Assembly (NCBI GenBank): GCA_024679065.1
Contig: JAGIQG010000004.1
Location: 62,620,001-62,684,000 of the forward strand
DNA length: 64,000 nucleotides
From: Sphyrna mokarran
Taxonomy: Eukaryota
Reading direction: 5' to 3'
Below the pieces are notes generated by a model. That model had not been told where the DNA came from. It ran no database searches and saw only the letters and a list, made by a program, of their open reading frames with translations. The position numbers and the translations under genes are program-made. Positions 11,001 through 23,882 of this stretch are shown here, in pieces (the first letter of the stretch is position 1; every line of letters begins with the position of its first letter).

Positions 11001-14000
11001 ATAACTATTTTTAGTAGCCAAAAAGGCATGCCATTTTATCTAATATAGATGAAAAGTTAAAACTGTATTGAACTTTTCAAATAGCTGGCAGAATTTGCAA
11101 ACGCTTTTACCATTTTTCTAATTTTACTTGTTTTTCCATAAAGTTGTGCTTTTACAGAAAAGAGGAGACGTCAAGTCCAATGTCCCACGTGTTTAAAAGA
11201 GATTTATTTAATGTGATGTATCAATCATTCATCTGAACTTGACAACGCAAGTTCAGGATTGATAATGAAATGTTCTTACCTCATCTGTACGCTGTGTAGT
11301 ATTTATTGATTTTTTCTTTGCACCTGATGAAATTCAAAAAGGACAACGTAAAAATACGGGTCATATTTTTACCTGACTCTATGTCAATTAAGTCAGATTC
11401 AATTCATTCTAGCAAGTTATGGTGATATGCTAATTTAGTAATATACCTCAAAATTTCAAACCGAACGAATTTGTTTCGCTATCGTTTCTGTATTAAAGTT
11501 ACGCAGGCACCATTGAACTATTTAATTTACATTTTTATAGTTAGATCTTTATAATGCAGTTCGGAAAATGAAACTGAGAGAATTATAATGTCAGATGTTT
11601 ATGTAATACATGAGTTGAAGTAATATGTAAGTGTGATGGTATTTTTCCGTCAGTTAATTATGCCAATTATCCCAATAAGCAGCTTTGCTCCCTCTTTTAG
11701 TTACTCGAATCGGATATTTTAAGATTTCGCTTGCGAGTAAATTATTTCTCTCAGTGTGAAAATTCTCATTCGTACCTTTGCACTTCATGATTCCTATCAG
11801 GATCATTAAGGCCAAAAATAGAATTGCAAGTGCACTACCGGACCATCCACCGACCGTAAGAACATTGTTTTCAAAGGAATTAGCTATCAAAACAAGGAAA
11901 TGTCTTGTAAGCCGCATGCACACTGCTCTCAATATCAAATGCATAATTTTCAATTGCACTGTAAACGAATATCATGATACAAAATATAAAACTTCAGTAC
12001 ATCATTTTAATTATCGATATTTATGCAGCTGTTTTACGTACCGTTCAAAAAAAAGCGCAATTGAAACATATAGATCATAGAATCCTGGGGTCGTAGAATC
12101 CCTACAGTGCAGAAGGGAGCCATGGAGTCTGCATCGACAAAATTCCCACGCAGGGTCTATCGCCGCAACTCCAAGTATTTACGCTTAATGCGCCTGACAC
12201 CAAGGCACAATTTAGCATGGTCTACCTAACACACACATCTTTAGAATATAGGAGGGAACCGCAGCACCATGAGGAAACCCGCTCTTTCGGAAGCAGAATA
12301 TGCAAACATTCATCCGAAGCCCGAATTGAACCCGGGTCCCTCGTACTATGAGACAGCTAACCCCTGTGCAAGCCTATTGAAGAAATAATAGCAATGTTGA
12401 ATACGATGTCAATTGAATGGGCACATTTCCATTTATGACTATACAAAATGCAATCGTTTTCAATTTATTGTGCTAACCAAAAAGCAATTAAAATGTCGTA
12501 ACAATTTTCATTGCACCACATGCAGAATATGTCCAAAAATCGCTTGAGTTCATCTTTTAAGGAAAGATTTATTACTGACTGTTTACTCATCTTATCACAA
12601 TTACCTGTAATCCTACTTTTATAGCATTGCTATTGAGCAATAACTTTAAAAATGAAGAATCAAGTTGTTCTAGATTGTATCGACAGCTGTATGAAAAGAC
12701 TCAATTGTTCGATTTCATAGCTCAGGGATCCACTATTTTTCAGTGCCTCGATTGAACATCAATGCTGCATTATTTTCTGGGTTGCAATGTTATGCGGTTA
12801 ATCTGATTTATGGGAGCAATACTCAAGACTCAAACCCATTAGTGATAATGTTGCATGATGCAGTCTACAACCAAATTTTAAAACCAAAATAAAATGGAAA
12901 CCTTCATCCAAAGAATACAATAAGATTCATCAACATACGAGCAAGAAGCTACTCGAGTAATAATTTCCTATGAATTATCGTTTTTTCATGCATTTTTGTG
13001 AAGGGCGAAAGGCTAAACTATCATCGTTCATATAAGATTACCTTCATCAAAAAAGGTATAGCTGGTATTTGCTGGCATTGAGCTGGAAGCGTGATGTACT
13101 TGACAGACATAAACTGAGCCTTGTTCGATCACCTGCAGTTTCAGGGTACTGACAACTTCAAAAAGCCCCTCGGAATTTGCTTGTTGTTCATTTTGAAATC
13201 CGCTGACAATTTGAGCACCGTTTTTATACCAAGTAAGGTTAAATCCTTTAGGGTAAAAAGCCGCAGTTTTGCACTGAAGTCTAATAGTAGCAGATGAGAT
13301 GTCTTCGGATGATAAGGACATAATTTTCAGGGGAACAGGTGGAGCTAAATTCAAGATAACAATATAAATAAATTGAAAAAGTGAGCTTCTGCCTGAAAAA
13401 AAATGTATTTTTATTAATTACACACAGCTACTTCCAGGCAAGCAAGTTGATTTAATAATCAGTATTTTTTATATTGCTGCGTGGTGTTATTCATAGGTTT
13501 TCATAAGCCTCCAAAAGTTTGGAATGTGAACCCTGCTCTCTTCTAATTAGCGAAAGGGCATTGAAAATGTAAATATTGCTAGCGACTTTTAGATTATTCA
13601 TCCAGTTACAAGTTTTCCATATTGAAAACGAGTTTTAATTGTTAGTTTTGCTTGTACTTTGCTTGGCAAACTTCAATTCAAGTAGCATTTTTTAAAAAGT
13701 TAGGGAGATGATAAATTTGCATATCGCTGCTACTGCAAGTTTTCCTCTTTTTTGAACATCTGTCCTTCCAATCAAGTGATGGTGCTTTCTGCGTTTTGCA
13801 CTTATTTATTGTAATGCTGTATTAATCGTCTTTCATTGACACCATCTACTAAACATGACATATTTCAACTCACCATATATGAAAACTTGCACAGCAATAT
13901 CATTCACAATCGCCCGACTCTGAATTTTGACTGCACAGTGATATGTTCCAGCATCCGGTATGTCGACATTCAGGAGATGAAGGTACGCTCCACCTTTCAT

Positions 14001-14548
14001 TATCTGGAAGCGTTTTCCACTGTCCTCCTGCAAAAAGCTGTTATAACCATCTTTCCACCAGAACGCCATTGCGTTTATAATGTCGTTATGGAAAGGGAAA
14101 GGACATCGCAAGGTTACGTTTGTGAATCTGAGCGCCTTTATTGGTTCAATATCCGATGTGCCCATAGCAACTATCAAAAGAAACATGAACAGACACATAC
14201 TAAACCATGCATTTCCAATAAAAATTAATGCATACTACGAAAATAACATCACCCGTTCAGTACCTATATTGTAAAGATTTAATCTGTCTCACTGCCAGAG
14301 TTACCGTCGAGTTCCAGCGTTTATATTTTGACTTGAGATTTGTAATATGTTTTACTCACCCAGAACCTTCCGACCACTAGACCACGTCGTATAGTAATAA
14401 ATACAAATTTAAAAACAAATAAAGATATTCACATTTTCGCCAACTATGAGATCAACTTACTGTCGCGTCTTGCTTGCGAGCAGTCATACAAAACAAAATG
14501 AAAACACAATATAGAAATATACCTGGAAGAAAAATCACCAAAAAACAT
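7880..14548 (-). CDS. Spliced Ig-superfamily receptor gene (leader-V-C1-TM-ITIM tail), SIRP-like, 359 aa; join 14548-14461,14170-13874,13344-13042,11883-11776,11323-11280,8260-8150,8008-7880
   Basis: Exon lengths 88+297+303+108+44+111+129=1080 nt form one open frame ending in TAA at 7882-7880. Every intron is GT-AG. Phases are 1,1,1,1,0,0, the usual IgSF pattern. Extra phase-0 exons inside the 3 kb intron 8261-11279 cannot be excluded. Confidence 0.88.
8150..8260 (-). CDS. Cytoplasmic exon with ITIM LMYAAL and TVYAE
   Basis: EELNSAESKLMYAALHLTDSKRGEMPKQNREQTVYAE; acceptor ccctAG, donor GTAATT; 111 nt, phase 0/0. Confidence 0.87.
8320..9940 (-). mobile_element. Old degraded CR1-like LINE fragments in the receptor intron
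   Basis: Residual RT-like text (ORF 9264-9500: DYLAVRKHRVG.., ISTTWMMTP) and a CR1-type 3' end near 8330. Confidence 0.55.
11280..11323 (-). CDS. Juxtamembrane cytoplasmic exon GAKKKSINTTQRTDE
   Basis: Acceptor tttcatcAG, donor GTAAGA; 44 nt converts phase 1 to phase 0. Confidence 0.8.
11776..11883 (-). CDS. Transmembrane exon ANSFENNVLTVGGWSGSALAILFLALMILIGIMKCK
   Basis: Uncharged hydrophobic run followed by a KCK stop-transfer; acceptor ttttgatAG, donor GTACGA; 108 nt, phase 1/1. Confidence 0.88.
12068..12372 (-). mobile_element. HE1-like tRNA-derived V-SINE (degraded, intronic)
   Basis: B-box-like GGGTTCAATTC on the minus strand, V-domain remnant, (CATAGA) tail. Confidence 0.7.
13042..13344 (-). 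CDS. Ig C1-set domain exon
   Basis: LQCKTAAFYPKGFNLTWYKNG..NSEGLFEVVSTL..YVCQVHH, the C1 signature (FYP, W-x-x-NG, YxCxVxH); acceptor atttAG, donor GTAATC; 303 nt, phase 1/1. Confidence 0.95.
13874..14170 (-). CDS. Ig V-like domain exon
   Basis: VTLRC..AFWWK..LHLLNVDIPDAGTYHC motifs; acceptor ttgatAG, donor GTGAGT; 297 nt, phase 1/1; NVT sequon. Confidence 0.93.
14461..14548 (-). CDS. Exon 1, probable signal peptide MFFGDFSSRYISILCFHFVLYDCSQARRD
   Basis: ATG at 14548, hydrophobic core, strong GTAAGT donor in phase 1. A+TT joins in frame to the V exon. An internal acceptor-like site (ttttcttccAG at ~14524) leaves the true start uncertain. Confidence 0.6.
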
Positions 14549-15279
14549 TTGCCCCAAAGCGACCAACCCATGAGTACATGGACGCAGAGACAATACGATG
14601 AGATTATATATCGAACAGACGGATATGCGTCGAATGGGCGGTTCCCATTTGATTATAAACTACTACTGACTCATGGTATCAGAAAACAAATGACAAGATA
14701 GTGCTGAATGAAACAAATGCATGTTTTTTCGAACAAGATATTCCGGTATGTTAATGAGCTGAAATAGTACTTGGAAACAGAAGGCAATTATATCAAAACA
14801 AATTGGTGAGTGTGGGGCGTGGTGAATGGGACTGGTCTGGACGATGTCGATGAAGCTACGGTATTTGACATGTCAAGTCCATGAATTGCCATTTTGTGGG
14901 GGAATAATATTTCATGGCTTCATAATATAGGTCCCCCAAATATTTGTGTTGGATTTACTGTGAGCCTATGTTGATCGTTTAAATTTTGCATAGGTCCGAA
15001 CCTTCTGGTTGATTCAGGCAGCAGACAGATGAGAGGTGCACAGAGCCAGTCGGATAAATATTACTTGCATTGATTGATGCACCGTCAGATCGTAAGGGAT
15101 GAGGTAATTTCCCGGTAATGGAATAACTGTGGAAATTTCTGAAATTGACTTCTAGTGGTTTTTGCTATTTTTTCTGCGCGGAGTGTAGATTTATTGAATT
15201 ATGCGCACAGTTGGAGATCGGGCCCAGCCTGTTTTACGCCTCACCAGGTACCTTTTAAGCTATCTTCATTCCCAACTGT

Positions 15280-16280
15280 AGAAGATACAACATAGAGCAT
15301 TACAGCGCAGAACAGGCCCTTCGGCCTTCGATGTTGCGCCGACCAATTATGAAAAAAGCAATGACCCTCCAAACTAAACCATTCCCTTCTCTTCCATAAA
15401 CTTATCAACTAACCTCTTAAACGCCACCAAACTTTGCGCATCTACAACTGCTGCAGGCAGGGCATTCCACTCCCGAACCACCCTTTGGGTAAAGAACCTA
15501 CCTCTGATATCCGTCCTATAACTATCACCCCTTAATTTAAAGCTGTGTCCCCTCGTGCTAGCTTTCTCCATCCTAGGAAAAAGGCTATCACCGTCCACCC
15601 TATCTAAACCTCTAATCATTTTATATGTTTCGATAAGGTCCCCTCTTAGCCGCCTCCTTTCTAACGAAAACAACATCAAATCCCTCAGCCTCTCTTCATA
15701 AGACCTGCCTTCCATACCAGGCAACATCCTGGTAAACCTCTCTGTACCCTCTCCAATGCCTCCACATCTTTCTTATAATGTGGGGACCAGAACTGCACAC
15801 AATACTCCAAGTGCGGCCGCACTAGAGTCTTGTACGTTTGCAACATGACGTTGCGGCTCCGAAATTCAATCCCCCTACCAATAAAAGCTAAGACTCCGTA
15901 TGCCTTCTTAACAACCTTATCGACTTGACTGCCTACTTTCAGGGATCTATGCACCAATACACCAAGATCCCTCTGTTCATCAACACTATTAAGAATCCTA
16001 CCATTAGCCCTATACTCTACACATTTATTATTCCTGCCAAAGTGCATTACCTCACACTTTTCCACATTACACTCCATTTGCCACCTCTCGGCCCAGCTCT
16101 GCAACTTGTCCAAGTCTCTCTGCAAACTATAACACCCCTCTTCACTATCTACCACTTCACCGACTTTAGTGTCATCCGCAAATTTACTAATCCATACTTC
16201 AATACCCTCATCCACATCATTTATTAAAATTACAAACAGCAGGGGCCCCAAAACAGACCCCTGAGATACACCACTTGTAC
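15280..16280 (-). mobile_element. 5'-truncated CR1 LINE (RT C-terminus plus 3'UTR)
   Basis: [15 protein letters not shown] and LEYCVQFWSP motifs; one frameshift; 3'UTR shared with the other copies; ends ~730 bp upstream of the receptor ATG. Confidence 0.95.
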
Positions 16281-16659
16281 TCGACCTGCAGCGTCGGGTT
16301 TTTTTTCCAAGTATCCTTCGAATAAGAGTAAACCCGGAACAACATACAAATTGCTGAGTTATAACCGAGATGTACACTTATCACAGATCAATCAATTTAA
16401 TACATTTTGCTGATACGTTGTATTTCCTTTGGAAAAATTCGAACACCATCAGTAACAAGAAATTGATCTTAACATGGACTGTAGATATGAAAATTAGGTA
16501 TCAGGTGAAAGTCACAACCAACGACACCAAAGTAGCATTTCACCGAGTGTCAAGGAGCTCTAATTTAACTGGCGTCAATGGGAATAAGATAGAAAACGCT
16601 CCGCTGACTGTAAGCACACCGCATACCTGGGACAACAAAATATGTTTTTGGTGAATTTA

Positions 16660-19350
16660 TGTCAATTATCTCAGTTCCAGGGCAGCAATGCAGGAGTTCT
16701 TCGGTGTGATGTTCTGGACCCAAATATTTTCAGCTGCTTCTTCCATGATCTTGCTTCATCATAAGGCAGGAAGTGTAGATTTGTTTTGAGGTGACTGCTG
16801 AATATTGACAAGAATTTACAATTAATCAGATACTGAAGCAGTTTATGGGAGCGGAAAGGGGGAGAGGGATGGGAAACAAGACCTATACAATATCCAGACA
16901 TTTGCTGAACACAGTAGAGAAAAAAAACATTCACGCCACTCAAGTGCCAAGCATCTCAAAGCGATTACCTAGCCTGTCAATGGTGCATAGGCTAAACATC
17001 GCTGACTCCTGCACTATCAACATCCTGAAGGTTACCATAGAATAGAATTTAAACTGGTTTAGCTACATATGAGACTTGCTAACGCGGAAATTCAAAGGCT
17101 GGGAATCCTGTGGCGAGAAACTCTCTTTCTGGTTCCCCAATGCTTGTCCTTCATTTATAAGCTGCAGTTCTGGATTGTGATGGAAGGCATACCGCTTGTC
17201 TGGATGAGTGCACTCGCAACAACATTCAATAAGTTCCACACTATTCAGACAAAGCAGTTCACTTGATTGCTCTCCCCATCGCATCATTTAATCCAATCAC
17301 CACCAACGAATACTTGCAGCCTTGTGCAGTAAATATAAAATATACTGCACTATAAAATGAAAAAAAAATGTTGCTGAGGTTGTAGAATCATCGAGAAGAC
17401 GAGAGTTGCAGATATATTCTGAAACAGAAAATTGCCATGTAACTTTGACAAGACACAAGAACGAAACAATCATCGTCCACAATGCAAAACAATCCAACCA
17501 TTGATTCTTGACATTCAATTGCATTCACCTCACTGAAAATCACAATACCAACATCCGAAGGGTTATCATTTACCTGATACTTAAGCAAATCATCATATAA
17601 GTACGTTGGCATGTACATGAAATCTGTAAAATAAAGGATCCGTAATTTGTAGTCATAGCCTGCACAAAGTAGTATGTTTGTGGTTGCAGCAGGTGAATAA
17701 TCTAAGATCTTGGATATCACTGCAGAAATTCCACAGGGCAATGTCCTCCGATTAATGAAGCAGTGTGATGGAATATCCTCTATGACCTGGATGAATGAAG
17801 CTCAGCACATTCATGCCACATCCTGGAAGTTCCCCTCATCAGTCACCATGCAGACTTGGAAATATATTGCCATTCGTTCAAAATGCTGGATCTTTCATCT
17901 CCCCCAGTCCCCAACGGCACTGATGGTGTATTTATAACTTAGAAAATTGCCAAGTGACTTTGAAAGGCAGCTAGGGATAGTCAATGAATGTTGCCCTAAC
18001 GATCAATGTCCTCGAAATGTATGTTAACTTGCAAACTGACATATGGTCTTCAATGTTAGCACGGAATGTTGATGGATGTATTCTTCTCGACAACGCACAC
18101 CTAACCTCGGTCGTGGTATACTTGAAACAACGTTGACTGAAAATGCCCCAACTTGCATTGCTTATTGTTTTAGCAGTTCCTGCTAAATATCAGTATCAGC
18201 TGACCGTAATTTTGACACCAGTTAGTTCAGACAACCTTTGTACAAGGCTCAATTATGTGTTATAACATAGGCAGTTGCATGGAAATCTGGAAACTAAACG
18301 TGTTTATTATTTGCAGTAATATCCAACTCAAAGTAGTATGGGTGTGGTTGCAATAGGTCAGTCATCTAATTTCCGGAACATCAGGTCAGGGATTCCACAG
18401 GGCCGCTTTCATAGGAAAACTCCTTCATCAATGACCTGACTTCTATTATAAGAAAAGAAATGTGGAAGCTTTTTGATGTTTGCAAAAAATTCAAAATTTT
18501 TTGTACTTCATTTTGAAGCACCTAATATTTAAACGGAATATGCCCTGGACAATATCCAAGCTTCAACAAAGAAGTGCCCGCTGACGTTGGCAATACCCAA
18601 GCATGAAACAATGACCGACTACACTAAGAAGGAATCTAACTATTGTGATTTCACATGCAGAGTAATTTCCGTTAATGAATCTCACACTATCAATAGCCTG
18701 GAAGGTTACGATTTATTAGAAACTTACGTAGACTCTCCATATAAATATGTTGGCTATAAGAACAATTCAGAGGCTAGGGATGCTGCAGCGAATTACTCGT
18801 CCGCTGAATTCAGAACACCTGGTCGCCATCAAAAAAAAAGCTTATGTGATGCAGTATCTTCTGTGGTCTGGATGAATGCAGCTCAAATATTGCTAAGTAA
18901 GCTCATCGGATTTAGAAATGATCTGCCGCTTAATTTGCACCACGTTCACAAATATTTCATCCTTCTTACATGATCGGACAGCGCAGCAATCTGTACCATG
19001 CAAAAGATGCACTACTGTAAATTCCCAGAGTCTCTGTGACAGCACGTTCCAAACTAATCGCTGCTCCGATCTGGAAGGACAAGGAACGCAGGAATATGGA
19101 AACATCACCATCGAACGGTTTCCCTTCAAATCACTCACCATCCTCACGTGGGATTACATCACTGTTTCTTCATTTTCGCTGGGTCAAAATCCAAGAACTC
19201 CCTCCATAACCGTACCGTGCCTGTAAATGCACCACATGGATACGACGCGTCAATAAAGACATTAAGCCCCATGCTCTGAAGGGCAATAAAGGTCGACAAT
19301 ATATCCTGGCCTTGCTAAATATTCCCACATCGTGTAAATTTATTAAAAAA
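16660..19350. mobile_element. Patchwork of old LINE fragments from a second family (clade not assigned)
   Basis: Repeated degenerate DITAEIPQG-like RT segments at ~16670, 17710 and 18370, plus shared 3' segments. Confidence 0.5.
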
Positions 19351-19699
19351 GATTTTTGAAGTTCCAGGAGCTTTTGAATAACTGGTAGATTTAGCAAATT
19401 TAAACTAAGCAATCTTTAACCTCAATTTTGGGACAATGTCCTGGAGGCTAACATAAAGTATTTTTAGTATTGATCGTAACTGGTGAAGTTGTTTGTTGAA
19501 GTAATGTCGGAAAAAAATCTACTTGTTGACTGATTTTGATCGTCAATTGCCCACGTGGTTTGGTAGCGATACTTCCATCCTTCCGCCTTAATCCTGAATA
19601 TTTCATGCACACATGAATTTATCAATATTGCAACATCAGGCAGTCATAGAAAACGTAAAAAAAGTTATTTTTAATTAGTAATAATCTTCAGTCTGATCT

Positions 19700-20450
19700 A
19701 GCAGTTTATTTGATTTAATTTGATTTGATTGATTATTGTCATTTGAACCGCGGTATAGTAAAGAGTTTTGTTCCTTGTGTCCTGTTTTGGCAGAACATAC
19801 AATTCATAAAATACATAGCAGAAAAAAAGAATAATAGAGGGCAGAATATATTGTTGTATTATAGGTAGGGTGAAGAGAAAAGTCAACTTAATAAATGATG
19901 GGCCATTCAACCGTTGATGATTCTGTACGTAAGTGCTTTCAGGCATTTGTATCCATTTCTTGTCCGACGGAGAAAGGTGAAAAAGAGTTTATCTGTTTTG
20001 TGTGACTTCTTTCCCGAGGCAGAGCGAAGTTTAAAAGGAAACAATGGGCAGGAAAATTATTTGCGTTGTTGGCTAAGATAGGGTCACATTCCTCTGTAGT
20101 TTCTTGTGGCCTTGGGCAGAGCAGAAGGCATAACAAGCTAAGAAACAACGGGAAAGGATACTTTCTATAGAGTACCTGTAAAAAAAAACTGTAAATGTCG
20201 TAGTAGAGTTATCAAATTTCCTTAAGCGTATGAGAAAGTTGCTGAGCGTCCTTAAATATACCGTCGACTGTGACACCCGGGCAGATTGTTGATGATCAGA
20301 CCATCACGAGACCTGAAGCTCTCGATTATTACCGCTTCATCATCATTGATGTAGGCAGTGGTATATCTTTCACTACTTTCCAGAAGTCGATGTCTAGCTC
20401 CTTCGTGTTTTTTGACAGTGACGGGAAGCGGGGAAGTGTAAAGAGATACA
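19700..20450 (-). mobile_element. Rex1/Babar-like LINE 3' fragment
   Basis: FYRYSIESILSRC..CSAQGHKKLQR motif; (AAATC)n tail. Confidence 0.7.
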
Positions 20451-21001
20451 GGATTTGGTGAAATGGTGCGAGGACCATCATCGCACCCTAAATGTAATTA
20501 AAACGGTGGTAATCGACTTCAGAAAAACATAATATCTAAGAAGCCGACCTAAAGGAGTGACTTGAGGACAGTATTCAATTCACATGTCCAAGCTAAATGC
20601 ATATTAGAAGTATATTGTGTTCGCTAAATAAGTTTACTTGGTTTAAATGCCGCGTGTTATAATCATCTGGGCAATTTTGTTGTCTTCTTGAAATTTCATG
20701 ATTAGCGCGGCAATGTGTTTTCTTTTTTCTTCTCTCATGCGTTTGCTTCATTATTTCATGTTATTTGGACGCCACTAGCTGGTCTGAGTTAGGCTATCGA
20801 TCTCTGATTGTCCTTTCAAACATGGTAGTGACCCATTTTCTTATACTATCACAGCACATGTCCTGCAGGTGTACCTATAGCGCTGGCAGCGAGAGAGCTT
20901 CATAGAACATAGAACATAGAACATAGAACATTACAGCACAGAACAGGCCCTTCGGCCTTCGATGTTGTGCCGACCAAAATAAAAAGCAATGCTCCTCCAA
21001 A

Positions 21002-23778
21002 CTAAACCATTCCCTTCTCTTCCATATACTTATCAATTAACCTCTTAAACGCCACCAACTTGGCGCATCTACAACAGCTGCAGGCAGGGCATTCCACTCC
21101 CTAATCACTCTTTGAGTAAAGAACCTACCTCTGATATCCGTCCTATAACTCATACCCCTTAATTTAAAGCTGTGTCCCTCGTGCTAGCTTTCTCCATCCT
21201 AGGAAAAAGGCTATCACTGTCCACCCTATCTAAATCTCTAATCATCTTATATGTTTCGATTAGGTCCCCTCTTAGCCGCCTCCTTTCTAACGGAAACAAC
21301 CTCAAATCCCTCAGCCTCTCTTCATAAGACCTGCCCTCCATACCAGGCAACATCCTGGTAAACATCCTCTGTACCCTCTCCAATGCCTCCACATCTTTCT
21401 TATAATGTGGGGACCAGAACTGAACACAATACTCCAAGTGCGGCCGCACTAGAGTTTTGTACAGTTGCAACATGACGTTGCGGCTCCGAAATTCAATCCC
21501 CCTACCAATAAAAGCTAAGACTCCATATGCCTTCTTAACAACTTGATCCACTTGACTGCCTACTTTCAGGGATCTATTGACACATACACCAAGATCCTTC
21601 TGTTCCTCAACACTATTAAGAGCCCTACCATTAGCCCTATACTCTACACATTTATTGTTCCTGCCAAAGTGCATTACCTCACACTTTTCCACATTAAACT
21701 CCATTTGCCACCTCTCGGCCAGCTCTGCAACTTGTCCAAGTCACTCTGTAAACTAAAACACCCCTCTTCACTATCTACCACACCACCAACTTTAGTATCA
21801 TCTGCAAATTTACTGATCCATCCCTCAATACCCTCATCCAGATCATTTATAAAAATTACAAAAAGCAGGGGCCCCAAAACAGACCCTGAGGCACACCACT
21901 CGTCACCGAACTCCACGATGAATATCTCCCATCAACCACCACCCTCTGTCTTCTATCTGCCAGCCAATTCCTAATCCAATTAGCTAAATCACCCTCTATT
22001 CCACGCATCTGCATTTTCTGTAGAAGTCTTCCATGGGCCACCTTATCAAACGCCTTACTAAAGTCCATATATACTACATCAACCGCCTTACCCCCATCCA
22101 ACTCTCTGGTCACTTTCTCAAAAAACTCAATGAGGTTAGTAAGGCATGACCTACCCTTCACGAAACCATGCTGACTATCCCCAATCAATTCATTTCTCTC
22201 TAAATAACTATAAATCCTATCCCTAATAATTCTCTCCAATACCTTGCCCACAACAGAAGTAAGACTCACTGGCCTATCATTCCCTGGAAGGTCTCTCTTC
22301 CCCTTCTTAAACAATGGGACCACATTCGCTATCCTCCAGTCCTCCGGAACCACACCCGTAACCAACGAGGACCTGAAGATCAGAGCCCGAGGCTCTGCAA
22401 TCTCCTCTCTTGCCTCCCAGAGAATCCTAGGGTAAATCCCGTCCGGCCCAGGGGACTTATTCAACTTCAAACCCTCGAGAATTTCTAGCACATCCTCCCT
22501 ATCTACTACAATACTTCCCAAATTGCAACCCTGTACCTCAGTGTTCTCCATAGCTACATTTCCAGCACTCTGCGTGAATACCAAAGAGAAATATTTATTC
22601 AGTGCCTCACCAATCTCTTCAGGCTCCACGCACAACTTCCCACTGCCGTCTATGACTGGCCCTAATCTTGCCCTAACCAATCTTCTATTCCTAACATATC
22701 GAAAGAAAGCTTTAGGATTCTCCTTAATCCTATCAGCCAACATCTTCTCGTGTCCCCTCTTAGTTCTCCTCAATTCACTTTTTAGCTCCTTCCTGGCTAA
22801 TCTGTAGCTATCCATTGCACTAACTGAGCCTTCAAGCCTCATCCTGACATAAGCCTCCTTTTTCTTCTTAACCAGCAAATCAACTTTTTTCGTACACCAA
22901 GGCTCTCTTACTCGACCATTTCCTCCCTGCCTGACAGGGGCATACTTATCAAGGACTCGCAGCAGCTGCTCCTTGAATAAGCACCACATTCCAGATGTTC
23001 CCAGTCCCTGTAGTTTCCTAGTCCAATCTATGCAGCCTAATTCTCTCCTGATGGCCTCATAATTACCCTTCCCCCAGCTATAACTACTGCCCCCAGCTTC
23101 ATGCCTATCCCTGTCCATCACTAAGGTGAACGTAACCGAATTGTGGTCACTATCACCAAAATGTTCACTAACTTCCAAGCCTAACACCTGGTCTGGATCA
23201 TTGCCCAGCACCAAATCCAATGTAGCCTCACCTCTAGTTGGCCTATCTACATACTGAGTCACAAAACCTTCCTGCACACTCTGTACGAAAACTGACCCCT
23301 CTAACGAGCTAGAGCTATAGCTATTCCAATCAATATTAGCAAAGTTAAAGTCCCCCATCACAATTACCCTACTACTTTCACTCCTAATCAGAATTGACTT
23401 TGCCATCCTTTCCTCAACCTCTCTAGAACTATTAGGAGGTCTGTAAAAGACTCCCAACAGGGTGACCTCTCCTCTCCTGTTTCTAATCTCAGCCCATACT
23501 ACCTCAACAGACAAGTTCTCATCAAACTTCTTTTCTATCACCGTGATACAGTCTTTGACCAATAATGCCACTCCTCCCCCCCTTCTACCTCCTTCTCTAC
23601 GCCGACTAAAGCATTTGTACCCCGGAACCTGCAACATCCATTCCTGTCCCTGCTCTACCCAAGTCTCTGTAATGGCCACAACATCGAAGTTCCAGGTACT
23701 GGTCCAAGCTGCAAGTTCCTCCCCCTTATTGCGAATACTCCTTGCATTAAAGTATACGCATTTCAAACCATGCCCCAC
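21002..23778 (-). pseudogene. CR1 ORF2: APE endonuclease plus reverse transcriptase; four 1-bp frameshifts
   Basis: YFNARS, ITETW, MGDFN, SDHN, KSPGPDG, DFSKAFD and KFADD motifs; 640 aa uninterrupted before the first shift. Confidence 0.92.
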
Positions 23779-23882
23779 CCCACCCGTACGCCGCTGTGTT
23801 TTACAACTCTCTTCTATAACCCCCTTACTCTCATTCCTCTCAGCACCCCAACTACTTAGGATCCCACTCCCCCCACCCCGAA

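Noticed and set aside
10526-11029. 167 aa minus-strand ORF inside the receptor intron
   Set aside because: No domain motifs and not needed for the reading frame
13833-14198. Single-exon ORF with an apparent signal peptide MCLFMFLLIVA
   Set aside because: The hydrophobic start is the translated polypyrimidine tract before the acceptor at 14171; the 3' extension is intron
14360-14434. Alternative leader exon with a GTGAGT donor
   Set aside because: Its ATG is followed immediately by TGA, and the donor is phase 0 in that frame, which is incompatible with the V exon
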